From the human T2T-CHM13v2.0 reference genome, Homo sapiens: a stretch of 64,000 nucleotides of DNA. Shown one piece after another: positions 40,383-52,815 of this stretch. Made by a program: the position numbers and the translations under genes. Position 1 is the stretch's first letter, and each line of letters starts with the position of its first letter. The stretch lies in NCBI RefSeq assembly GCF_009914755.1, contig NC_060929.1; one strand, 5' to 3'. Below the pieces are notes generated by a model. That model made no database searches and was not told the origin of the DNA. It saw only the letters and a program-made list of their open reading frames with translations.

Positions 40383-40718
40383 TGAGTTCATGTCCTTTGT
40401 AGGGACATGCATGAAGCTAGAAACCATCATCCTGAGCAAACTATCACAAGGACAGAAAACCAAACACCGCATGTTCTCACTCATAGGTGGGAATTGAACC
40501 ATGAGAAAACTTGGACACAGGGTGGGGAACATCACACACCGGGGCCTGTCTTGAGGTGGGGGGAGGGGGGAGGGGAGAGGGATAGCATTAGGAGAAATAC
40601 CTAATGTAAATGATGAGTTAATGGGTGCAGCAAACCAACATGGCACATGTATACATATGTAACAAACCTGCATGTTGTGCACATGTACCCTAGAACTTAA
40701 AGTAAAAAATAAAATAAG
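40383..40718 (+). mobile_element. L1PA (PA6/7-like) 5'-truncated 3' end
   Basis: gagttcatgtcctttgtagggacat, catgttctcactcataggtgggaattgaac, G-tract, gtaccctagaacttaaagt. TSD aaaaaatgtcctttact / aaaaaaagtccgttact. Confidence 0.95.
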
Positions 40719-41561
40719 AAAAAAAGTCCGTTACTTTTTTTTTTAAATTGAGTTGTAATTGAATATCTCTAGCTTAGATCTTTTCCCTTATTTCCAGACA
40801 CACACATGTATAGTAACTCCTTGACATATGAAATGGAATAATTATTAGAGAAACATGAATAATCCAAAAATTCACTTATCAAAATAATTTTCCTATAAGA
40901 AATTATAGCAAAGGACTTTGTAACATACTTTTCAAAGCTGTGTGGCTTCCTATTAATTTTCTATATGTTAACAGACTGAACCAAAACACCAAGGACCACA
41001 GTCCTCCACTCTTGGGCACCCCTAGAAGAGAAGATTGACACCCACTCCTCCTGTTCTTACCTTCTTGGTATGCCCTGTGGAGCGCTGGCCAATAAACATA
41101 GTCAAGGGGAAGGATTTCTCTGGCTTTTTTTCTTTCTTCCACCAGATTTCCCAGTAAGCAAGACAACTAGAACACAGTTGGTTTTTTGTTTGTTTGTTTG
41201 TTTTTGTTTTGTTTTGCTGTGATTCAAGGCTAAATCAAAATGAGTAAAATTCAAAAAGCAAATTTTGCAATGTGGAAAATTCAAGTATAGCCAACAATTT
41301 CAAAACTACAAAACTACAAGTCTAGAGTTAGCAGCAGCTTACAGTGAGTGCTGTTGACTAGTTTACTACGTCTGCAGACCGTGCAGTGAGAGTGTGTGGC
41401 CCAGACTGAAATGCATGCTGTTTTGAGGGCTGCAAGGGTAAACTGTATACCATATAAACCAAGAAGTGTGCTCTAGTCAATTTTCTAGCAGCTATCCCAG
41501 GTTACCCCAACACTGACCTCATCATATTCTCTCCTCAACAGATTCATTTTTTAGTATTCCC

Positions 41562-42165
41562 TATCTCACCTGAATTACTGTAGTAACCCTCTGGCTCCCC
41601 TGAGTCATTTACACTTTGGCCAGAATGATTTTTCTGAAACACCAATCTGATGAAGCCACTCGCTGAAATGTCTAAAGTGGCTCTCGATCAATTTTAGCGT
41701 AAAAATCTAGACATGGCGTAAGAGGCTGTTGACCATCAGGGCCTGTCTTTTAGTCCAGCTTCATTTCTCTCTTTACCCCTGTGTACACCAAGGCTCCAAC
41801 TGCATCTAAAGCCTGGAGTTTTCTAAAAGCACCTTCAGGCCCATGCTTTCATGCTGTAGCATCTGTGGTTCCTGCTGCTTGGAATTCCCTTCTCTATTAT
41901 TTGGCCAGTTACTCATCTTTGAAAACTTATTTCAGCATGACCTTTTCTGTGAAGTTTCCTTGGGAATCTTCCCTGGAGCCCTCTCATCCTCCAGCATCTT
42001 TTAACATAGCATTTACCTTGGGGATTTGTAATTGTGAATTCACCAGGGACATCTCTGAATGCAATGGGTGCTCTTTGTATCTAAGTGTTTACAATGTGTA
42101 GTTCAGTGCTTGACCCTCAGTAGAAGCTCACTAAATAAATATTTGCTGAATGAGTGAATGGATGG
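41562..42165 (+). mobile_element. L2 LINE 3' region
   Basis: atctcacctgaattactgtagtaacc, gccagaatgatttttctgaaacac, tail taaatatttgctgaatgagtgaatg. Confidence 0.8.
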
Positions 42166-42549
42166 TCAGAAACCATACGACTTGGCTTGGAATGGGCTGT
42201 TCAGTAGTTTGTCTCTTGGTGCATGTAGAATCAAGATCACAAAGTATATCCAGTTGGACTAGATTTCTTGTTGTGTATGTAAGCCTTGAAAACTGAGAGT
42301 CTAGTGTACATAAACCAACTAAAATTGATCTCTGGGATAGATAAGAAGATCCTAAGAGTGTCCAACTACTAGTGGTAGTGACAGTGGTGGAGGTGAAGAA
42401 CCATTAATTACTAGGATATAAGAATCAAGATGTGATTGTGGTGCTAAGGAGAAATTAATTTAAATATTTTCCATTCAATTATATTTAGGAATAATAAAAA
42501 TTCTGAAAATAGTCTAAGTTTTTGCTTTTAAAAAAATGATCAAGTTTGA

Positions 42550-42806
42550 GGCTGGGTGCGGTGGCTCAGGCCTGTTATCCCAGCACTTTGGGAGGCCAAG
42601 GCAGGTGAATTGCTTGAACTCAGGAGTTCGAGACCAGCCTGGGCAACATGGTGAAACCCCATCTCTACTACAAATACAAAAATTAGCTGGGCGTGCTGGC
42701 ATGCACCTGTAGTCTGGGAGGCAAAGGTTGCAATGACCAGAGATCGCGCCACTGCACTCCAGTCTGGGTGATAAAGCAAGACCCTGTCTCAGAAAAAAAA
42801 AAAAAA
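42550..42806 (+). mobile_element. Alu (Sz6/Jb-like) with an ~40-45-nt deletion in the right monomer
   Basis: cctgtagtc joins directly to tgggaggcaaaggttgc; ccagctactcgggaggctgaggcaggagaatcgcttgaacc is missing. Confidence 0.92.
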
Positions 42807-43379
42807 TCAAGTAAGAAAGTAATTTCATTTCAGTGGGGAAAGTATTTGGTTAATATTCTTCCTGGATGTTTATATATTTATATAAATTGTGTGAATTTCC
42901 AGTAAATGAAAAGCAGTCCTTGTTATTGTTTATCTAATATTTTTATTACAGGTTCTCTAAACATGAATATGCCTTTGGGGGAAGACAGAAGAACATGGAA
43001 GCCATGTGAAAAAAACGGATCCTAAGGTATAAACAAAGTGCAGATGATTGTCGGCCATGCTGCAGGGATTTCTTGTTTGTCTTCTCAGTAGTGTTAGCTA
43101 ATTTTGTCTTCCAATCCGCAATTCCTTATAGGACTTGGACGCTTTGAACCTCTCAGGACCCCTCAGATTCTAGTACATAAACTCGGAGCCAAATTCACAG
43201 CCAGCTCTCCTTCAAACTGCCTTATCTGTTTTTGAGTTAATTAGAAGGGCCTTTTAACAACTTTGCATTTGAGTCCTAAGAAAAGTCTAGTTCATTAGGC
43301 AATAAAGCCACTGTGCTGGCCCCTAATCAAGGTCAGTACATATCATTATACGACTGATCCAAATTTGAGTTGGTTCAGT

Positions 43380-44010
43380 TATTTCATTTGTTCATTGTCC
43401 ACAATGTTCCAGTCACAGTACCAGGTGCTCAGAGTGTGGTGTTAGAGACAAGATTCAAAGTAAGTAATTTTAGACCAATGTCATATGCGCCATTATAGAA
43501 GTACGGCTGAAAATGGAATTTATATAAATAAGCATGTGAGTGGTTCACTAAACAGGGATGGGCAAGAAAGACCTTACAGAAGAGATGAATATCTTAGCGA
43601 ATAACTTAGCAGGATTTCAAAGAATGGACGAGAGTTTTGCAGGCAGATGAGATAGGAAGGGTGCCAGAGAGAAAGGAAAGCATGGGCAAGGGCTCAGGAG
43701 GTGGGGAAAAATGTGATATAGTTTGAGGTACTGGAGTATGAAGTTAACAAGGGGAGAATATTTAGAAGGAAGGATGGAGAAGTAGGCAGAGAGCAGATTA
43801 TCAGGTTAAAATATTAGAAATTAGTATTGAAGTTTACTAGAAGCCAGCAGCACGTTCAATGCAAGCAGGTGCCATGGTCATATTAGTTTTAGTTTAGTAA
43901 TCAGTGTAGAAGGTGGATGAGAGGGGGTGAGTCTGGAGGCAATAAGCATAGTTGGTAGTAGCAGTCTAGGTGTCACCTGACAGGGGCCTTTACTAGCCCA
44001 GTGGTGGACA
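43380..44010 (-). mobile_element. L2 LINE fragment
   Basis: tcatttgttcatt...cagtaccaggtgct; gaaagaccttacagaagagatga; gcatgggcaagggctcaggagg. Confidence 0.7.
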
Positions 44011-44842
44011 TTTTTAATGCATTAGTCTTTCTTCTAGTCTGTGAATTTCTTATAACGAGGGTGTGGTCTTCCTCACACTTGTTTCTTCACACTTGTTGCC
44101 TACTATCATACCTGACATGCAGTAAATTACCATAGCAAGACAAAAAATCTCTTAAACGTGTACTCTTTATTACTCTGTTGGACCATGATGAGAGCAACTT
44201 ATTGTATGGCTATTTAAAATTATTTATGAAGATAATATTTTTTGTGTTGGAAATGCTACAATAATTTAATTGTGAGATTTATAACTAAGACTTATTGTTC
44301 ACATTTGTTTTATGTTTTCATATATGTGATGAAATAGACAATTTACTCTGTAAGTCTTAAATATAAAAATGATTCATTATTTCTTTCTGAGCCAGGGATA
44401 TACTTGAATTTCTTTTCTCCAGTAGTAGCAATAGATGTATACAAATTAACATATATTTCTCATTCCATTCTTGTATAAAATAGCATACATAACTAGTTTG
44501 AACAGCTAGAGCATAATAAACTCAAACTCTTTATGGATTCACTCTTTCCCTACCACAGTTGAAATATTAGGTAAGTTCTATATCTTTTTCATCGCCTTTT
44601 GGACGATAAAAGAAGTACTCTAGTCACTTACAGTCAGAACCCCATTTAGGTAATTAAAATGACTAGTCCATGCAATAATCAGTAATCTCAGGTTCCCGTA
44701 AATTTAAAAGTTTTCATTTCCCATGTTGGTTCCACTGCCATTCCCCTAACCACTGGCTCTGGGTTTTTCACTGTTCCTTGGTGGAGAAAGAGGGAGGAGA
44801 GGCAAGGGCAGGGATGCCAGTGGTCTGCATTGCCTTGTTGCA

Positions 44843-44921
44843 TTAGGCTGGTGCAAAAGGAATTGCAGTTTTTGCCACTACTTTAAAGTCAAAAACCGCA
44901 ATTAGTTTTGCACCAACCTAA
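44843..44921. mobile_element. MADE1 MITE
   Basis: ttaggctggtgcaaaaggaattgcagtttttgcc...aaaaaccgcaattagttttgcaccaacctaa. Confidence 0.93.
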
Positions 44922-45819
44922 TATGCTCTCAGCTGATGTGGGACACTCTTGTGGGTTCTGCAGAAATTCCCTCACTAGAGCCATCTAGTCTCTTTCTCTC
45001 TTGTTTGTTTGCTTCAATAGCTCCTCAGCTTCTACATCAGTTAGTACCCCATAGCTTCTTTATGCCAAGGTTGCCTCATCCTCAGAAAAAAAATCCTTTT
45101 AAAAGAAACTCTTACCCAGATGTCATCTAAAGAGCCCACACTGGGTCATGGAAACACCAACCTCTGCTTTATTGTCTGTGGAAGTGCAGCTGGCTCCAAG
45201 GACAGCTGTATCTCTTTGCATTGCCTCTAAGTAGGCAACTCCAGATATAGAGTCTTTTGCCTGAAATTTCTCAAAGGTAGACTAAACACGTGTCTCCTCT
45301 GTCCTCCAAGCTTTAGGGAATCAACATTAAACTCTCTGTGAGGTGTTCTTGATGCCTCTCTTACAGATGAGGGAGATGAAAAGTAGCAACAGCCTCCAAC
45401 AACATTCTACAGAGAAATTCTTATGTCTCTCAGTTTCCTCAATATCAACTGTTTCAGACCCTTGAGTAGATGTTGAGTCACTAAGCAGTTTCAGTCCACT
45501 TCCTTTCAGGTCTTGTTTAGGAGGTCCATTGCCTTATTTTAGAATGTGGGAGAACTTGCTACCTATTGTTTCCGTTTTGATTTTGGGGGCCTCCCCCAAA
45601 ACTTAGATAGAAAGAATCTTTCCTGAATACCTTGTTACAGAGACAAGTGTAAGATATCTGTAAATCATGGCCATAAACTAGAATAAAATGAGTTGGTTTA
45701 TTGGAGATGTAAATGCTTAACCTTGGTGTACAATAAGCACAATATTGATGTACAACAATGCTGAGCATCATTTTAAAATGTAAAATCAAACAGAAATCAG
45801 TAAAATCAACAAAAATTCC

Positions 45820-46860
45820 TTACCATCTCCTAAATGCTGGTTTATTCCAGGTGCTTGATATGCAAAAATTAAGCATATGATTCCTTTCCTCATGGAGCTA
45901 GCTATCTAGCGAGAGAATAGAATGCTGAAATATGTTCAAAAGTAATCACAATACAACTTAACATCACAATGGAAAGTTCTACAAACACTTCAGGGCACAT
46001 GGAAGATGGAGTATCTGAGTTTAAGAAAGTCTTTGCAAAGGACATTTGAACAGGCTCTTGAATGAAGATAGGACTTCTCTAGGAAGAAAGGAGGAAAGGG
46101 CATCCCAGATGCACAATGGGATGTGTAAGGGTTGGATAGGGAAGGTTAGGATGGTGTGGTGTGGGAACTGTGAAGAAAGTGTAGCTGGTACATAAGCCTG
46201 GAGCAGTTACAAGATAATTGGGAAATTGCAACGACTGTTTAGAGCCAAAAAGTTTAAACTTCCTACAGACAATAGGAAATTATAATTATTACTATTTGTT
46301 ACTTTTCAAGTGTTTACATAAAAATATCACACACATTTTACATCAATATATAAAGACGATCATACATATTGTTTTTCCTCTTCATTTTTTAATTGGCTCC
46401 TGCCTCCCAATTTTCTCTCTCCTTCCTGTCTTATCCCCCTTCTCTACCCACATCTTTCCTTCCCCAACTCATGTTAACACTTATTTCGTATCCTTTCTTT
46501 GTTTTCTCCTTGGCTATATAATTATATTCAAGCATACAGTATATGTATATATTCAATATCCATATACATCGGGTTTTTTTGGCCATTGTTTGCTTTACAA
46601 AAGAATACTTTGCATATTTTTCTGCATCTTGCTTTTTTTTACTTGACTATTCTTAGAGGAAATGTCTCCAAGTCAACAGGGCTAGCTCATTGCAGGCTGT
46701 TAAATGACATAATCAGAATTTTATATCTGAGATATGATGTTAGAGTGGACAATGAGTTTAAAAGGGGATAGAAACTGGAGGAAGGAGATAAACTGAGACA
46801 TTAATCAAGTGAAAAATGATGGGGGCTTTAGCCAATGCAGTCACAGTTTTGGCAAGGACA
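45820..46860 (-). mobile_element. L2 fragment interrupted by an old L1ME-like piece (about 46270-46700)
   Basis: ccaggtgcttga...tcctcatggagctagctatctag; gacatttgaacaggctcttgaa. The inner segment contains ttctgcatcttgctttttttacttgac. Confidence 0.55.
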
Positions 46861-47567
46861 TGTCCTTAGCACATACAAGTCTCAAATAAAAAATGATTTA
46901 CTATATAATGCATCTCAATAAAATGCCAATGCCCACCATCATCTGTGTCTAAAAATTTATATTAGATGCTCTAAATATGCTGCTTGAGAAGCATAGGTTC
47001 AAAATATTTACCATTAGCTTAGCTGGAGTTTTGAGAAAAGGTGCTTTAACTCTTCCATATACATCCATATTTATTTCTCTACTTCCTCCTTCATTCTGCA
47101 TATTTTCCTGCAAAATATCCCTAATCTCAAACTAGTTTTGAAACTCAATGACTAAATCCACTGATGGTTTAGTTTAGAATTCATATCTACATTGTCTTTG
47201 AATAACAGCAACATTTTCCATCTTCCAGTAATACTATAATCCTTCTTTAGGTTGCTCAGTATTGGATGTGATTATGCTACTTGTTATCCAGATTGCAATT
47301 AATGCAATCATGTAACACATTACTAATGCCAGCTAGTGGTCTTAGCATATTATAGTATAAATTTTCACAAGTTTTCTATATTTATAAATGCCTTTTCACC
47401 ATCCAAACTGGGTAAATATTTCATTGGAACATCCAGTATATCATTATCAGTCCTGTTAAACAAGTCTGGTTATTCTGCGAATAAAACCCCGCTTGTCATA
47501 ATCATGATAAAGATAACATGACCTTTCCAACCTTCTGCCCCATTTTCAACCTCAGTCTAGCCAGTAA

Positions 47568-47872
47568 TTTTGTTTTGTTTTGTTTTGTCTTTGAGTTGGA
47601 GTCTCTCTCTGTCACCCAGGCTGGAGTGCAGTGGCATCATCATCATAGCTCACTACAGCCTTGAACTCCTGGGCTCAAGTGATCCTCCTGCCTTTGCCTC
47701 CCAAGGAGCTGAAACCACAGGTGACTGTCACAATGCCTGGCTAGTTTTTAAAAAGATTTTTGCGGAGACAAGGTCTCACTTTATTGCCCAGTGTGGTTTC
47801 CAACTCCTGGGCTCAGCTTGCTTTGATCTCCCAAAATGCTGGGATTACAGATGTGAGCTATTGTGCCCAGCC
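47568..47872 (-). mobile_element. AluJ (Jo/Jr-like)
   Basis: catagctcactacagccttgaactcctgggctcaagtgatcctcc. TSD cagtaattt on both sides. Confidence 0.93.
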
Positions 47873-48358
47873 CAGTAATTTGTTACTAATCATAAAGCAC
47901 CTAGGATTCTAAGAATTTAATTGTTTTAAAAATTAATTTTAAAAATGTAAATATTTCAGAAAAATACATAGAATAATAGAACATCTATGGCCAGAACTAA
48001 TAATTGTTAACATTTTGTCTTACTTATTTCCCATTAACCACCAATGTTAATCCTAATCTACAATTCCTTACCTATATAATCTCTATGATGAATTTGGTGT
48101 GCATCTTTCTTGTTCATGTTTATTTTTTATACACATAAGTATCATAAATATTTTATACCTTTCGGTTTTAAAATGTTTATAGTAGTTACATTACTACATT
48201 TATCATTTTCACCTTCCTTTCTCCTCAATATCATTTTCTGAGAACTCAACCATATATAACTAAACCTATTTTAGTAGGACCAACAGTATTTCAAGGATTA
48301 TGCATATTTGTATATTTGTGTTTCTATGGGCACACACTCAAAAGCTGTCCACCATCAA

Positions 48359-49060
<702 letters not shown>

Positions 49061-50336
49061 GCCAGGAAGTGGAATCACCAGATCATAGCATATGCCCGTT
49101 TCCCATTTGAAATTTAACTATATGTTGCCAAGTTACTCTTCAAAGTGGCTGTGCCAACTTACACTCTTGTTTTTTAGGATACCTATTATTTGACATTGTT
49201 ATTCAGTAATAAGATGGATAAGAAGGGTGTCTCATTATTGTTTAAATTGTGTTTAAAAATTACTTGCCAGATTGAGGTTCAAAATGTTACCTGGGGGCAG
49301 AAGGCTGGAAGAGGTCATGTTATCTTTATCATGATTATGACAAACAGGGTTTTAAATTGTGTTTTTCTGATTGCAAATGAATATATATGTGGATTTATAT
49401 ATGCATATTTTTTTCTGTGTATAAAATCCCAGTAGAAACTTTGATCTGAATTAATGCTGTATGATAAAGTGAGAATTGGAATTTACCAGAGAATGAATCC
49501 ACAAAATTGGTATTCCACCATTTATCTCCAAAACATTTAAGTTTCCCAATTTGCTAGACAGTGTAAGTATTAGGAAGTCAAACTCTTACAGTTGTAATTT
49601 ATTATAACAATGGTACTTCAGAGCTCAACTTGGGGGAGAAAAATTATATTTAAGGCAGAAGACTATTTGATTATGAAATAACAAAATCATAATCAGTTTG
49701 AATGGCAATTGAGAGAAAGTAAAGACAAAAAAATAGATTAATTGCTTTTTTCTTTTGAATGATTTGTTTGAATTTGTATATTAAGTTCTTTGATACCACC
49801 CAAATTTGAATAACTCTTTATGTGTTTGTAAAGGAGAAACAAGAATGCAAAATACTGGTCTCAAGTGGTAACTGGGCACACCTACACAAAATCTTTGCTT
49901 TTTTTCTTACCACACAACTAACTGAAACATAGACTGCAAAAAAATTGACCATTGTAAAAATAGTAAGTCTCCCATTGAATCAGTTCACATTCATGCAGAG
50001 TGCTGTGGACGAAAGGAAATAGGGTATGATTTGAAATGGCATTTGAAGTGCCCTTTAAATAATAATTAATTATTCTCTTAAATGAAACTTTTGTTTTAAG
50101 AGAACAATTTTTTTTTCTCCCAAGAAATAAAAAGAGCCTGGGGAGAATATAGGAAGTGCAGGGTGGTCCATATAAAATAATGGATCACTATAATTCTAAA
50201 TGGAACCCATTTTTCATTAGCCCCACAAAATTGTTGCTGATTTCCAAATTCGAGTATTTCTTTCATAACGGAAAACTAAACCTTGGTGGGAGAATGCTGA
50301 TTTTTGATTGATTTTGGATCTTAGGGAAGCATCATG

Positions 50337-50415
50337 AAAAAGAAAGAATCGAGAATGAATGAAAGAAAGAAAGGAAAGGGGAAGGGGAGGAGAGGGGAGG
50401 GGAGGGGAGGGAAGG

Positions 50416-50417
<2 letters not shown>
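50337..50417 (+). repeat. Polypurine tract (GAAA/GGAA/GGGGA)n
   Basis: Read directly. Confidence 0.9.
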
Positions 50418-50725
<308 letters not shown>

Positions 50726-50734
50726 TTAATGAAT

Positions 50735-50870
50735 GGCAGGAAGGAAAGAAAGAGAAAAGGAAAGATGGAGGGAGAGAGGGAGGGAGGGAAAAAGAGAGAC
50801 AGGGAGGTGGGATGGGAGGGAGGGAGGGAGAAAGGAAGAAAGGGAGGAAGGAAGAAAGGAAGGGAGGATG
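50735..50870 (+). repeat. Polypurine (GGAA/GGGA)n low-complexity tract
   Basis: Read directly. Confidence 0.9.
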
Positions 50871-50884
50871 GGTCCCTGTGATTT

Positions 50885-51140
50885 TGGCACTGGAATGGCC
50901 TGGTCTCAAACTCTGGCCTTACCATTAGTTTTTTTTACATTTGATCTTAGCCAAAAGTCTGAGAAGAAGAAGAAGTTCTACCATTAGTTTTTTGGGTAAG
51001 TCACTTAAATAGCTCGAGTTTTTGTTTCCTTCATATGAAAAGTAGAGAGAACAATACATATCTTATAGAGTTCTTGTAAAAATGAAATGAGGGACTCTAT
51101 AAATTGAATAACTTATGCCTGCCACATGTAGTAGCTCATT
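50885..51140 (+). mobile_element. MIR SINE interrupted by a U2 fragment
   Basis: cctggtctcaaactctggccttacca...ttgggtaagtcacttaa...tttccttcatatgaaaagtagag...cttatagagttcttgt. Confidence 0.75.
50936..50966 (-). pseudogene. U2 snRNA 5'-fragment retropseudogene (about nt 5-35)
   Basis: Reverse complement CTTCTCAGACTTTTGGCTAAGATCAAATGTA vs U2 CTTCTCGGCCTTTTGGCTAAGATCAAGTGTA (28/31). TSD taccattagttttt begins at 50920 and 50979. Confidence 0.92.
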
Positions 51141-51339
51141 CCCGTCCAAATTTCCCATCTTTAGGAGTTTAAAAATATTTTTTTCAAAAGTACAGAATTA
51201 AAATGAAATATTTTTCATTGAATAAATTATTTTGCATGAATTCTGGTACCATATCTCACTGGCCCAAACACTAGTATTCAATCAAGTCATTAATCAAACT
51301 TCTTGCAAAATACATTTATTCCATATAGTTTAGACTTAA

Positions 51340-51585
51340 CAGCATTTCTCAAGTGTGCTTCCCAGAATGTTACTCTCATGAAATTCCCTTGTAAAGAAGG
51401 TTTTCCTAATCTCATAAATTTGGAAAATGCTGTACTTTATCTCGTTACCTCTCTGAAAAGTCTTCCAGTCAATATAGCTGCTTAAATTTGTTTAAGCCTA
51501 TGTTTTCCTATTTCATTTGGCCATGGAAATTTTTTTAGGTAATTTCTATTTATAGTGCATGGAATACATTTTGTGAAATGTTCAT
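51340..51585. mobile_element. MER112-like hAT-Charlie MITE
   Basis: cagcatttctcaagtgtgcttcc; aaatttggaaaatgctg; tttgtttaagcc...atttggccatggaa; ggaatacattttgtgaaatg. Confidence 0.65.
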
Positions 51586-52653
51586 ATAAGTGATCTGATT
51601 TGTTCCAGCAACCCAGCATGCAAATATAGTCATACTTCTTTTGATGAAAAACAAAATGTGAAGGCTTGATTTGCCATTATTAGCAGGAACTTACTGTGTT
51701 TGGCCACCATGTTCATCATTTTCTACCCTACACCATTCTCTTGAGTTGTCTAAGAATTCTGATATTTGTTACTCAATCCAAAAATGTTTTTTTCTGCTTT
51801 CAAACACAAAGCAGAGAATAAACCGAAAGCCTGATTTCCTTCTACCAGAGGCTAGTGTTGCATAGTTCAACGAAAGCTGGTCCAGATGCCTCTCTTTGCT
51901 AGCCTTGACATTGAAAATGGTGCCTCATACTGGGGCAGTGATATTAGAGTGTCATTGTATAGTCATTGTGCATTCACTGCTCCCCAAAGAACAACACAGT
52001 CTGGAGGGTCTGGCTTCAGAATCAGCCTTGCTTCCTAACCACATAGACTCTCATGTTGAGTCTGGGCTGCCAGCTCAGACTCCCTTTGCCCTCCTGGTGA
52101 GTTCCCTCTTGCAGGCTTGCTGTTCTTTTGGACCAGGAGATGATGTACAGAGTCACCCTAGTCTATTTGATCAGTTTCTGTAACCTGAAATATTGGGGAA
52201 TAGAGGGTGGAGTCTTTGTAGCTTTCCTCACTGAAGGCCCCTCATCTCCTGATTCAAATTGGTTGAACCACTCTGTAGAACCCTGAATGCTATAGGAATT
52301 CAGTGAGAATCAGACTCATGAAGTCAGACCTATTAATAGAACCTAGTATGACATTTCCTGGGACAGTCGTTTATTCCTACACTTAATTTTCATAATTAGG
52401 AGGGGTCATTCACTGACTTACTAGATATTTACTGTGTCAACCATGTACCAGAAACTGTCTTAGGACTTGGATATAGCAATTAACACAACAGATAATGTTT
52501 CTGCTCTTTTGGAACTTATGTTGTAAGGTAGGAAAAAAGACAATGAACAAATCATATACATCAATTAGTGATGAATGTTCTGAAGGAAGAATAAGGGTAT
52601 ACAAAGTGATGGGGCTAGTGCCTTATTTCATATAGAATGATTATAGAAATATT

Positions 52654-52815
52654 GGCCGGGCGCAGTGGCTCACGCCTGTAATCCCAGCTCTCAGGGAGGC
52701 CAAGAGGCGGGAGGATAGCTTGAGCCCAGGAGTTCGAGACCTGCCTGGGCAATATAGCGAGACCCCGTTCTCCAGACAAAGGAAAAAAAAAAAAACAAAA
52801 GACAAAAAAAAAAAA
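52654..52815 (+). pseudogene. BC200 (BCYRN1) RNA retrocopy: Alu domain plus A-rich domain, lacking the 3' unique domain
   Basis: BC200-specific text cccagctctcagggagg, aagaggcgggaggatagcttgagcccagg, gacctgcctgggcaatatagcgagaccccgttctccag and the ggaaaa...caaaagacaaaa A-rich domain. 9-bp TSD agaaatatt at 52645-52653 and 52816-52824. Confidence 0.95.

Noticed and set aside
40377-40682. 101-aa minus-strand ORF
   Set aside because: Antisense of the L1PA 3' end.
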